From NCBI GenBank assembly GCA_013115145.1, contig JAAPAO010000106.1:1-64000 (forward strand): DNA of 64,000 bases, written 5' to 3'. Below, piece after piece: positions 45,555 through 55,718 of this stretch. Both the position numbers and the translations under genes were made by a program. This stretch comes from Perkinsus chesapeaki ATCC PRA-425 (lineage: Eukaryota > Protista > Perkinsozoa). The notes below the pieces were generated by a model that saw only the letters and a program-made list of their open reading frames with translations, did not search any database and was not told the DNA's origin. Within the stretch, counting starts at the first letter, position 1; each line of letters begins with the position of its first letter.

Positions 45555-47861
45555 CTATAATTTGCTATAAGGACCGCGGCCTTGGATCAACTTATTCGCG
45601 ACAGTTCGTAACAAACGGTCAACCTCTGGCTGCTTTACGTAAACCTCAGCGATCTTGATTAATTCATCTAGACTAGTATCATCAGCCTCGTCCAGTTCCA
45701 CGGGTCTCGGAAGGTCTGGTTGCAGTCTATAATAGACCTCTGTATCTAATATGTCCGCTAGTATATGAGATGTTACTTCAGTTGAGGTTGCACTGTATAC
45801 CATTGCCAGAAGATCTCTGGTGATCGAATATAAACCTGCTTTGGCAGTGTAAGTAGCACCAAGCTTCTCAATAGGGACTCTACCAGTACCAATGCTTAAT
45901 AGACAATCGACACTTCTATTAGGGAAGATTCTAGCAGCCTCATGGAGAGCAAGGTGAGCAGGGTTATTAGCAACAAGAGCACCATCTTGGATCACTCTGC
46001 CGTCTTCGAGGACAACAGGAGCAAAATAAACCGGAGCTGCGGTGGTGGCACGAGCACACTGATAGATAGGCAGATTGCGGTCACCTTGATACCGGCTGCT
46101 GTTAGACTCGGGGTAGTTGTAATTGCGAAATAGAAAAGGTTCCGGTGGTGACACAGTTGTTAAGGCTGTCACCACAGCTACCTTTGTTGAACTACCACAC
46201 AGTGCAGTTGTATCCAACATAGATAGTTCACCGTAAATCTGACGGAGATAACGACTCATCGCACGACTGTCATGCTTTTCCCCTTTAAAGAAGATTCGTA
46301 ATAGCTTTTCAAGTGAGCCTAGGGTGCCTCCTTTTGAGAACGCAGCCACACTTATATCTCTGGCAACTGCCGAGCTGGTGTCCAATGGTAAATTAAGACA
46401 CCCAATACCAAGCGCCACAAGCCCTCCAGCACTTGTACCAACAATCAGATCGAAATATTGGCTTATACGTTGACTTGGAAGGTATTTACCTAGAGCTTTG
46501 AGGATCGCTAATGTTAGCAGAGATCGGCTGCCCCCGCCGTCCAGGGCTAATATACGAATACCTCTATCTTGGTTAGATGGAGCAGAAGGAGGAGGAGGTG
46601 GTCTGGTATATCCAACAGCACGCTTGAACCATGAGCCCAATGAAGATAGAAAACCATATGTGTTGTTGTTGTCAACTTCATCGATTGCAGTTGGTGTTAA
46701 AGTCGATAACAGTTGTAACCTCCTCAGCAACAACCCTTGCAAAGGCCCTCCTCCACTGCTAATAACGGTATGTCTGATGATAGGGTATACATCAGCCACG
46801 GCATTGATATAAGACAGCTCCTCCAATGAGCCAGCTCCAGTTAGGGTTGAAGGCAGCGCGTCGAAAGGAATCAGAGGCACCAACGCTGTCGCCAATGCTG
46901 CGCAGCTATCCTTCACAGCTCGGAATAACCGCAAGGCATCGAAGTAACTGAGGCGACATCCTTCTCCACCAGGAGAGGGTAGTAGATCTTCTACACCAAG
47001 TAGAGGGCTTCGGACACCGTGAGCTGCAAGGATTCGGGAGAGGCGTACGAACTGGGGAAGGACCGCCATAGACCCACGTGGTAGTGATGATAAAACGACA
47101 GCACGAGCGATGGTGTCGCCTCCTATCGCCAAGCTGATGAGGATATCGAAATCTACTTGGTCTATTCGACCGTTGGTTTGTACAATGATACAGAGGCATT
47201 GATCCACCAAGACTGATGTAAGGGATGACGGAGGGAGAAGTCGACGTAGCTCATGAACGGTTAACCAAGGATCACCGAGTCGAAGACTGTAGTATGCCCT
47301 TATGGTACTGATGATAGGGGACGGCTCCGGCCAAGTGCATTGCGACAACATATCCACCAGGATGGAACTGATCTTTGGTAGCCAATGGTCGATATCGATT
47401 CCTGCCAGGAGTGAATGCCTCAGCAACACAAGTGCATCCTCAGGCGTTGGTTCTAGTGCATAAAGCACAATACGTCCGACACATAGTCGACGAAGGAGCG
47501 GTATGGCCTCGGATGGTGACACCATAGTAGCAAGGGCGGCACTTAGGAAAGATACTTCGGAAAGTACTTTATCATGTGGCAGATGAGGGATGAGAGTAGG
47601 CCAGTGAAATGCATGAAGCAATGTTGGCATAAAAAAACTAAACAATCGAGGCTTGCCATGGTCTTTATTGTACACACCGGAAACCCGAAACCCAAAAACC
47701 CGGAACTGCGTACCATCACTAATGGCATAATTTCTACTACGAAGGTCCATAGGGTTGGGAGATCGTGATATGATGTATACTGGTAAGAATGTTTCCATTA
47801 GATATATTACTACTCTATGAACTGTGAAAATGATTATGCATAATAATATATAAAGGTACAT
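45555..47861 (-). CDS. Patatin-like phospholipase (PNPLA8/iPLA2-gamma-like); true start probably downstream of the ORF start
   Basis: RILALDGGGSR, GTSAGG nucleophile and DGALVANNP motifs. Confidence 0.9.
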   Translation of the reverse strand: MYLYILLCIIIFTVHRVVIYLMETFLPVYIISRSPNPMDLRSRNYAISDGTQFRVFGFRVSGVYNKDHGKPRLFSFFMPTLLHAFHWPTLIPHLPHDKVLSEVSFLSAALATMVSPSEAIPLLRRLCVGRIVLYALEPTPEDALVLLRHSLLAGIDIDHWLPKISSILVDMLSQCTWPEPSPIISTIRAYYSLRLGDPWLTVHELRRLLPPSSLTSVLVDQCLCIIVQTNGRIDQVDFDILISLAIGGDTIARAVVLSSLPRGSMAVLPQFVRLSRILAAHGVRSPLLGVEDLLPSPGGEGCRLSYFDALRLFRAVKDSCAALATALVPLIPFDALPSTLTGAGSLEELSYINAVADVYPIIRHTVISSGGGPLQGLLLRRLQLLSTLTPTAIDEVDNNNTYGFLSSLGSWFKRAVGYTRPPPPPSAPSNQDRGIRILALDGGGSRSLLTLAILKALGKYLPSQRISQYFDLIVGTSAGGLVALGIGCLNLPLDTSSAVARDISVAAFSKGGTLGSLEKLLRIFFKGEKHDSRAMSRYLRQIYGELSMLDTTALCGSSTKVAVVTALTTVSPPEPFLFRNYNYPESNSSRYQGDRNLPIYQCARATTAAPVYFAPVVLEDGRVIQDGALVANNPAHLALHEAARIFPNRSVDCLLSIGTGRVPIEKLGATYTAKAGLYSITRDLLAMVYSATSTEVTSHILADILDTEVYYRLQPDLPRPVELDEADDTSLDELIKIAEVYVKQPEVDRLLRTVANKLIQGRGPYSKL

Positions 47862-50729
47862 AATAATAGGTATAAAATAGGTATATAATAATAGGCATAT
47901 AATAGGTATATAAAGGTATAAATATATAATACATAATAATATTTTTGGTTCATATTATGGTAAGTCAATGAGCTACCTTATTGATCACCAACTGGGCCAC
48001 AGAAATGTGTATCTGGTAGAACTGGAGTAACAAAGAAGACTATCAAACTCATCATACCGATATACTGCAGGCAGGGTTAGTAGAAAAATTACTAATATTA
48101 TCTTAAGACGTGTCACACTAAACTACCTGGAAGTGCTCGCGCCCGGATGATGACTATCAACTCAATTGAACGAGACAAGAGAAACTATTATTAATGGTGA
48201 TGTTACTCCGCAGTGCCCATAAGGTTGAAGTCGAATATATCTCTACTAGGATCGTGCAGATGGTCATCAAGGTCGTAGAGGTCGACGTATCGTAGTGAAG
48301 ATATCATATCAATCACTTCATCACCTAGCATGAATCATGATTTAACAAAAGTGTGGTATGACTTACCAGCCCCTTCCGGTGGCACGGCAGCACAGTCGGA
48401 TGAATCTTTTTTCAAGCCCTCAGATGAGTAACCAACTAGGGTAACCTTCTTGGATCGAACTGGCATCTAAACAAAGATCCCAAAATAATATTTTTTCGCT
48501 CAAGTTTTGTGAGTTGAAATTTTCAAACGTGACAGTAAACAGTAAATCGATCAACCGTTTCATGACTAACTATTGATATCTCGGCACGCGGAACCTGTAT
48601 TAGCTGCGTCCAGTTGATAAGGAATATCACTACTTTCGAGAAGGGAGTGTTATGACTCCGCACAGCTTGCAGTATACCGAATAGTCTAACTCAGAATTCC
48701 TGAGCGTCGAGCATACTATCTGATTTTCAACGTCAAGAACGGAAAAACGGTATAATTTTGATTAATACTTCGAATTTAAAACTGTCATGGGTTTGTGCAG
48801 AAGACTCCAGGATTCTATCCACCACTGGGAAAGGCTTCTAAGTTCAAACGCTTTCCTCTAGCACCATTTGAGAGTCTACGAGGTTGAAGCTCGAATCAGT
48901 GAACCAAAAAGATATCCCCACTTACACAGTATACAATAACCGCGCCATATTTCCCGAGAGCACTAGCCATCTGACGCACTGCTGCAGTAGGCTTAGATGA
49001 CGAGGTGTAACTGATCACTAGTAACCAAGTGAAAGTATTATATTACTACATAGCCAGAATCTTAAGGCTCCCCTTCTTATCACAGTACGTCTGAACCAGG
49101 GACAACCCCAGCTTCATAACAGGGGTCCCAATTACACCACAGTGAAATAAAGGCACTGCCTCGGTTATTTGATCTGGTAATAATAAATACTATAATAATA
49201 ACGTAAATAATACTACCTTCTGAAGGCCCCAATAACAAACCAACGACTTCATCCTGCTCGTGCCTGAATATACAGTACTCATCTCTCAACTTCCTATATA
49301 ATACGGCGCGGCCCCCGGCGGATGACGAAGGCTTCCCGTATTTCACTATGTGTAACCAAAAGTGGGTTGAATACATACAACTTGGTTCGATAATAACAAC
49401 AATGAGCCGTAGACTGTTCCAATATAAAACTAGTAGTAGTAGTTAAAGAAAATATGTGTAATCACGGACGACATATAATCTTGCCTGCTTGCCAGGGAAT
49501 GGTTACAAAAAATACAAAATTCATATCTTGATGAAAATAGGTGTGAATATCACCAATGACAGCGATCCTGCCGATTCTTTCGTTCAACATTAATTCCCTT
49601 TTTCTACCCGACAGTCCATTAGTCGATCCTTGAAAGTAGAGACAACTGTGAGCACTGTGTGTAATAGTATACCACCATTTACCCCTCCCGCCCCTAATAT
49701 ATTACTTAACAGCATGCAGCTGTGGCTTAGCGTAGGCCTCTAGACTAAAGGTCTGCTTAGTTGGTGACATATAACAATAGTTAAAACTGTTTTATTAATA
49801 GAAGTCAGTGATGATGTAATGTCGATGTGTTGTAGAAATGACAAACAAATCCAGGTTGGAAAGAGTCAGAGAAGCAAGGTGCAAATACTACCGCAGACCG
49901 CTATTATATGTTTTATTGGTTTTTAGTAATTTATATACCATAATCAGTGATACTACGATTACTAGTAAAAAGTTACTTGTAAAAATTCTTCATATTTGTT
50001 TACTATTAAGAGTATCCCTATTTATAACCACTTCAACTCAATAACTCGACCCTCCTGGTGATAGTAACAGAAATGCCATTGTATACAGTTTGTTATCATT
50101 AGTATTAATCACTCTGTCGAAATTGAGGTAGCGCTGTCGAGCCCATATCTTTCAAGTCCTTCGTGAACTGGTCGAATATACTTGCATTCAGGGCCTATAA
50201 ACGAAGACAACCAGCTATAAATCAACACTGTTAATAATCAACTTTGCCGATACAGAGAATCCCATGGCACTACTTCCGAAAGTAAAACTCATGAGTATGA
50301 TATAGCAGATATCAAACAGAAGCTATAGAAAAGGGTTTATATAAATATAATTAAGTGACATCAATAATTATTAATATAATATCCAAAAAACATTATCGAC
50401 TAGACCACAATATCATATTAATTCGAAGTACAGAACTTCTATTGCCACGCATGTGGGAGCATATACAAGCAACGGTGATATCGGTTATGTAACTAGTATT
50501 GAGGATGACCGAGCCGAAGTACAGTAGTAAGAAAATAGTAATGTTCCCGGTGAAGTTCGGTGAAGGTATATCCTATCACACTGGGACACCTTCGTTAAAG
50601 AGACAGATATATATTTTAGTAACAAAAAGCAGTTACTGGTATTATACTGTAATAAAAAAAACATACACTAGTGACAAATTAATATTAATGATTACGAACA
50701 GGAATAATAGTTATAATTATTAGAACTAT

Positions 50730-51337
50730 CCCAATCTGAGTTCCCATTATTAGGCACTCCTCGCCCTCCCTTTATTACCTCACTCCACCATTTTTTACCG
50801 TCTTTCATTTCTGGGGCAAAGTATCCAGGTCCACTGATGGGAGAGGAGTACCAAAGCTGATGAAGATATTGTGAAACTATTCAAAACAGCAATCACATTA
50901 CAAGCTTGCTGGCGTCATGCTTGTTAATAACAAAAGTCTGACCGTCGTCTGTTTCTACCTCCAACACTCCACCGTCGTGGAGATCTACGCCCGATATCTT
51001 TGATCCTAAAGTTCATTATAAAACACAACCTACGGCGATTTTAATACCGTCTTTTTCACAGGCCTGGTCAACAGCATCAAAAAGAGTATCCAATACTCCA
51101 TCAGCCCGGGAATCATACTCATCACCGTCCATCTCGATGGCATCTGAGGGTGTCACCTAATTGAACATGATTGGAGGAAAGAGCGGTATGACTTACCGAG
51201 CCATGATGCATTTCTGTAGAGAAGAATCTACCTGCCGTTGTTGCTGTTGCTCTTGAAGCTACTGTTGTGAATGCCCCTCTGGCAAGAATTCTGGAGCAGC
51301 TCCTGGCGGCAGACTGGCGAACGAGGCTTGCGAACAT
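50730..51337 (-). CDS. FXN: Frataxin (CyaY family), multi-exon; 3' end uncertain
   Basis: Mitochondrial presequence-like MFASLVRQSAARSCSRILARG, then DGGVLEVETDDGQTFVINKH...LWYSSPISGP after splicing. Confidence 0.8.
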
Positions 51338-51597
51338 TTAAGAGGATAAATTAATAAAAACACTCCACCATTAACAATTTTGCCGTTATTAGTTATAACT
51401 AGGCAACTTAGATTAAAAATTTTTCAATCCAAATCGATCATCAGTGATTTTGAAACTCAGGTGCACTGGATTGATGCTTCGCTTTTAAGCCTGAAGTTCA
51501 AACGGTGTAGACAGACTCTGCCCACTAAAAACAAAATACAATTTCCAGATCAGAAATTTTGAGAATGTTGAAGTATAATGTTTGTCATTAAAAAGTC

Positions 51598-53175
51598 TCA
51601 TGACGCAGCTGCTCCGCTTTCTTGGTCCAATATAGGAGCGTACAGGGTTAATCTCCTACGACTCCGCCACGCCTCCACAGCTGATACCGCTCTCTTCCCC
51701 AAGCCTCTAAAACTTAACAATATGACCATGGTAACATAAGTACAGCATAGGATAGGCAGTAGGTCCCCTATTATAGTATATATAGTCCCAGAGCCACCAA
51801 GCTGTACTTCACCAACTAGAGCATTTTCAAGGGCCTCTGTGCTTTGGAAATGTGCCACTACCTTCCCTTTGCCGTCTACTATGGCCGAGTCCCATGCCCC
51901 GTCTGCTTTAACAATTGGTATATTATTCTCGATCGCTCTAAGAACACTCACACCATAATGATTACGCATGGCACTCCAGTCATTCGACGGATTTAGTATA
52001 ATCGATGCCCCCAGAGCAGCGAGTTCTCTAGCTGTAGCAGTAAAGTCCATATCGTAACAGATAAGAGTTCCGGCTTTTCCTATAGTGCCAGACACAGGGA
52101 CATCTGAAGTGATAGAGCCCATAGATGAGGGCAGATGAAATAGAGGATAACCGTATTTAGCAGAGCTCTTCTCTCCTGCAACCCAGAAAGGATACTGCTT
52201 ACCATAAACACTAATAACTTGACCTTCGTTATTTATAGTGATAGCTAGATTTTGTTGAGGGTAAACAGTAGCTCCTAATGTTAGGAAAATACCTAATCGT
52301 TCAACCACAGGAGATATCTGTTTGTCTATATAAAGATGGAGACTAGATTGATCAGAGAAGCCACTAAGCCATGCCTCGGGCCATACTACTATCTTGGCTC
52401 TACCATCTCCAGCGGCCCATTCGGTCAGGTTTAGCATGCGCTCCACGCTACCGTTGCAGGGCAGGCGACCACCCACATGGATGATCTCCGATCGGCCTCC
52501 ACAAGCGTTAGGTAGGAGAGCTCCAGGTGTGATAGTGGCAACTGTGATGGCTTCTCGACCGACGTTATGGTCTACTGAGAATAATAATATGCTTACCACA
52601 ACCCAGACGGTAAGGTCAAACGCTGCCCTAGTTATGTACTTGTAATTTTTAGATGATACAAATGACGCTATAGAAGCGTTGGTGTACATTACCATGAGCT
52701 CAAGGCCAAAGACACCGAAGATTGATATTGGCTGGAGTAAAGCAGGCGCTACATATAGAGGAGTGCACAGGAGCTCGAAAGTACCCAAAGGGCCACTGAG
52801 GCCATACCACATAGCTGTCCACAGAATAGAGCAACGGAGAGGCTCTGATTTGGTATTAGGTTGAGCGAAGACCAGCTTATCTATTATCACTAATATAGAC
52901 CATAAACCTGCTATAACTATTCCAAGACATAGACCTATTAAAAGAGGGAAGCCTTGGATTGAGCATCTTATCATAGCTGTTACCGGAAAAACTATAAGTA
53001 CTGTTATAGGGGCCTTGTCTTGAGCAACAAGTAGGGGTACTAGAGCTATAAAGCACAAAGGCCAGAGCTCAATTATAGTACTAGTAGTCGGTAAATGGAC
53101 AGATCTACAGTTATCTAATATAGCAGTCGACAATCCTAATAGTAACAATCTCCATGGTGGGAATTGAAGCCTCAT
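51598..53175 (-). CDS. Apolipoprotein N-acyltransferase (Lnt)-like membrane protein with carbon-nitrogen hydrolase domain, intronless
   Basis: Multiple N-terminal TM segments, then the nitrilase triad motifs VVWPEA (E), YGKQYPF (K) and LICYDMDF (C), LRAIEN, and a C-terminal TM (TIYTIIGD). Confidence 0.8.
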   Translation of the reverse strand: MRLQFPPWRLLLLGLSTAILDNCRSVHLPTTSTIIELWPLCFIALVPLLVAQDKAPITVLIVFPVTAMIRCSIQGFPLLIGLCLGIVIAGLWSILVIIDKLVFAQPNTKSEPLRCSILWTAMWYGLSGPLGTFELLCTPLYVAPALLQPISIFGVFGLELMVMYTNASIASFVSSKNYKYITRAAFDLTVWVVVSILLFSVDHNVGREAITVATITPGALLPNACGGRSEIIHVGGRLPCNGSVERMLNLTEWAAGDGRAKIVVWPEAWLSGFSDQSSLHLYIDKQISPVVERLGIFLTLGATVYPQQNLAITINNEGQVISVYGKQYPFWVAGEKSSAKYGYPLFHLPSSMGSITSDVPVSGTIGKAGTLICYDMDFTATARELAALGASIILNPSNDWSAMRNHYGVSVLRAIENNIPIVKADGAWDSAIVDGKGKVVAHFQSTEALENALVGEVQLGGSGTIYTIIGDLLPILCCTYVTMVILLSFRGLGKRAVSAVEAWRSRRRLTLYAPILDQESGAAAS

Positions 53176-53271
53176 AAGATAATAACCTGGAGGACATCAA
53201 TTCATCTAAGAACCGACGAAGCCAGTACAACATGATAAGATACGCTGAGGCAAGCGAAAAAGTTTGCAAAC

Positions 53272-53343
53272 TGTCCAGCCCGAGATTCGAACTCGGAGCC
53301 TAGGGCACGAAAGTCGGCCGCTCTACCGCTACGCCAAACCGAC
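53272..53343 (-). pseudogene. Degenerate tRNA-like sequence (Glu-TTC-like loop)
   Basis: 72 nt with A-box TGGCGTAGCGG and perfect T-arm CCGAG-TTCGAAT-CTCGG, but poorly pairing anticodon and acceptor stems. Confidence 0.5.
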
Positions 53344-53518
53344 GGAAATTCCGAAACTTATTTTTTCGGAGGCCGTTTGTTAGCCCACTTTCGAATTCAA
53401 TAACTTGCATGATTCAAGAGAATGTGTTCCACATAGAGATGCCCATATAGTCATCTGGTTATACTCAAAAGGAGACGATATGAGAAGGTGAGACGAAGCC
53501 AAGACATGAATAGCCAAA

Positions 53519-53622
53519 AAATTGACACCCGCGGCCGTACTACTTGATAAATTAGGGCTGCCGGGGGTGTCAAATTCTGAGTCAACATTTTTGACCGTCA
53601 AAAATGTTGACTCAAAATTTGA
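53519..53622. repeat. Two abutting inverted repeats (17-bp arms with 2 mismatches; 26-bp arms with 1 mismatch)
   Basis: 53519..53535 pairs with 53560..53576. 53570..53595 pairs with 53597..53622, including a perfect 18-bp core TGAGTCAACATTTTTGAC-C-GTCAAAAATGTTGACTCA. Confidence 0.9.
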
Positions 53623-54136
53623 TTTATTGGTTGCAAGTTTCATCCCGGGCAATTAGTTGATGACTTTAGTGTGATAGTGGAGGATACCCCATATAGAAGG
53701 AATTGGTATTAATAGAGTACGCACGATACTCAAGATACTGCATGTTCATTATTTTTCGGAGTGCATTTTTAACACAATTCCATCACACACTAGCGATGTC
53801 CTGTTGTATATACTGTTACTAGGCAGCCATCCCATGGTCGCTTGGAGCTTGAAGAGGCTGAAGGATTGAAATTGTAAAGTCTTGAATCATTCGAGAGAAT
53901 GTGCCTCGCATAGAGATCTCCGTGTGATCGACTGACTCCTTACAAAGTCGCCAACGTAACATATTATTCGCCAATTGTAGTAGGAAGGTCATCAGTGATG
54001 AAATTCTGACATATCTGAACAATCCACTTGAAGCCTCGTGACAGACTGGCACGGATCGTCGCGACTATCATACACTAGCGCTGTCCTGTTGTTGTATATA
54101 TTGTTACTAGGCAATTGCCGTATAGTCTCCTCTGTA

Positions 54137-55718
54137 ATGTCGGTAAGCTCAGTCAGTGACGGCATAAGCTGCCCACCAGAGATGAGCTTGAGTGAGAAGA
54201 TGAAGGCTCTAGAGCCCCAAGAAGACCTCCTTAAACCTAATCCACATAGATATGTCCTCTTCCCGGTTCATTATGATGCTATATGGAAAATGTAGGCTTA
54301 TATTAACAAGTATCTTTCGCTATCCCTTATTCAGGTATAAGCAGCACGAAGCTTCGTTCTGGACAGCTGAGGAGATAGATTTGGGTCAGGATCTTAGGGA
54401 TTGGGACAACCTCAGTGACAAGGAGCAGCACTTCATCAAGAATGTAAGCACTTCTCATAGCAGAGTTCTCAGCAACTACTTGAGCAGGTGTTGGCATTTT
54501 TCGCGGCAAGTGACGGTATTGTTATGGAGAACCTAGCTTCCAAGTTCTCCTGTGAAGTACAGATACCCGAGGCCAGGGCATTTTACGGCTTCCAGACGGG
54601 GATGGAGACCATACATTCTGAGACGTAAGATAATTCCTGTTTAGTACTGCTACTACCTATCTCCCGACAGTTCTCAAAGATGCTACTACTACCTCCTCAG
54701 TTACTCGTTACTCATCGACACCTTTATTGATGATGCTCAAGAGAAGGAGCGTATCTTCGAGGCTATCGAGACGATCCCCTCGGTGCAACATAAAGCTGAG
54801 TGGGCTCTAGCCTGGATCAATGACGACAACTGTTTTGCTGAGAGACTGGTAAGGGATAACCACAACAGTGCTGTGCTGTAATGGCGTCCTCTTTAGGTGG
54901 CCTATGCATGTGTCGAAGGTATCCTATTTTCTGGATCGTTCTGTGCGTTGTTTTGGCTTAAGAAGCGAGGACTTATGCCTGGTTTGACATTCTCAAATGA
55001 GCAGATATCTCGTGATGAAGGTAAGCTACCTTGGTGATGTACATTGTCAATGAAATGCCATGGGTAGGAGTGAAGTTTTTCAGAAGTATGCATTAATATA
55101 TCATCATCATTCGGTTAATAACATATCTATTACTATATTACCATCAATAACATATCTATTACTACCGTTATTCCCTCTGATTAGGTCTTCATACCGACTT
55201 CAGCTGTCTATTATATAATATGTTAAAGTATACTAGACTACCTGAGGATCGAGTACATGATATTGTTAGAGTAAGCACACACACCACCAAAAAGAGTATC
55301 TTATGAAAATTCTTCAGAGTGCGGTTACCGTCGAAAGGGAGTTCATCACCGATTCCCTCCCCGTCGGTTTAATCGGTATGAATTCTGACCTTATGTGCCG
55401 CTACATTGAATTTGTTGCAGATAGATTGTTAGTGGTAATAATATTAATAATACCGTATTTCCGTCAAATCATCGTCAGGCGCTGGGGTACAATAAGACGT
55501 ACTTCAGCACTAATCCATTTGATTGGATGTCAATGATATCCATGCAAGGGAAGACTAACTTCTTCGAGAAAAGAGTTGGTAAGGGCATTTTCATACCAGC
55601 TTTCTGCCAACTCTTATCAGGGGAATACCAGAAGCACGGCGTGATGGCGTCAGTTGCGGCCTCCGGCGGTGATTCCTCGGAAAACGGCGCCGAGTTCTCG
55701 TTGGATGAAGATTTCTAA
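54137..55718 (+). CDS. RNR2: Ribonucleotide reductase small subunit (class Ia R2), multi-exon
   Basis: [85 protein letters not shown]. Confidence 0.97.

Noticed and set aside
47820-47945. AT-rich AATAGGTAT-like short repeats upstream of the patatin gene
   Set aside because: Irregular low-complexity sequence without a stable period.
49540-49590. RIAVIGDIH metallophosphoesterase-like motif on the minus strand
   Set aside because: No downstream GDxxD or GNH(D/E) motifs were found in any plausible spliced frame.
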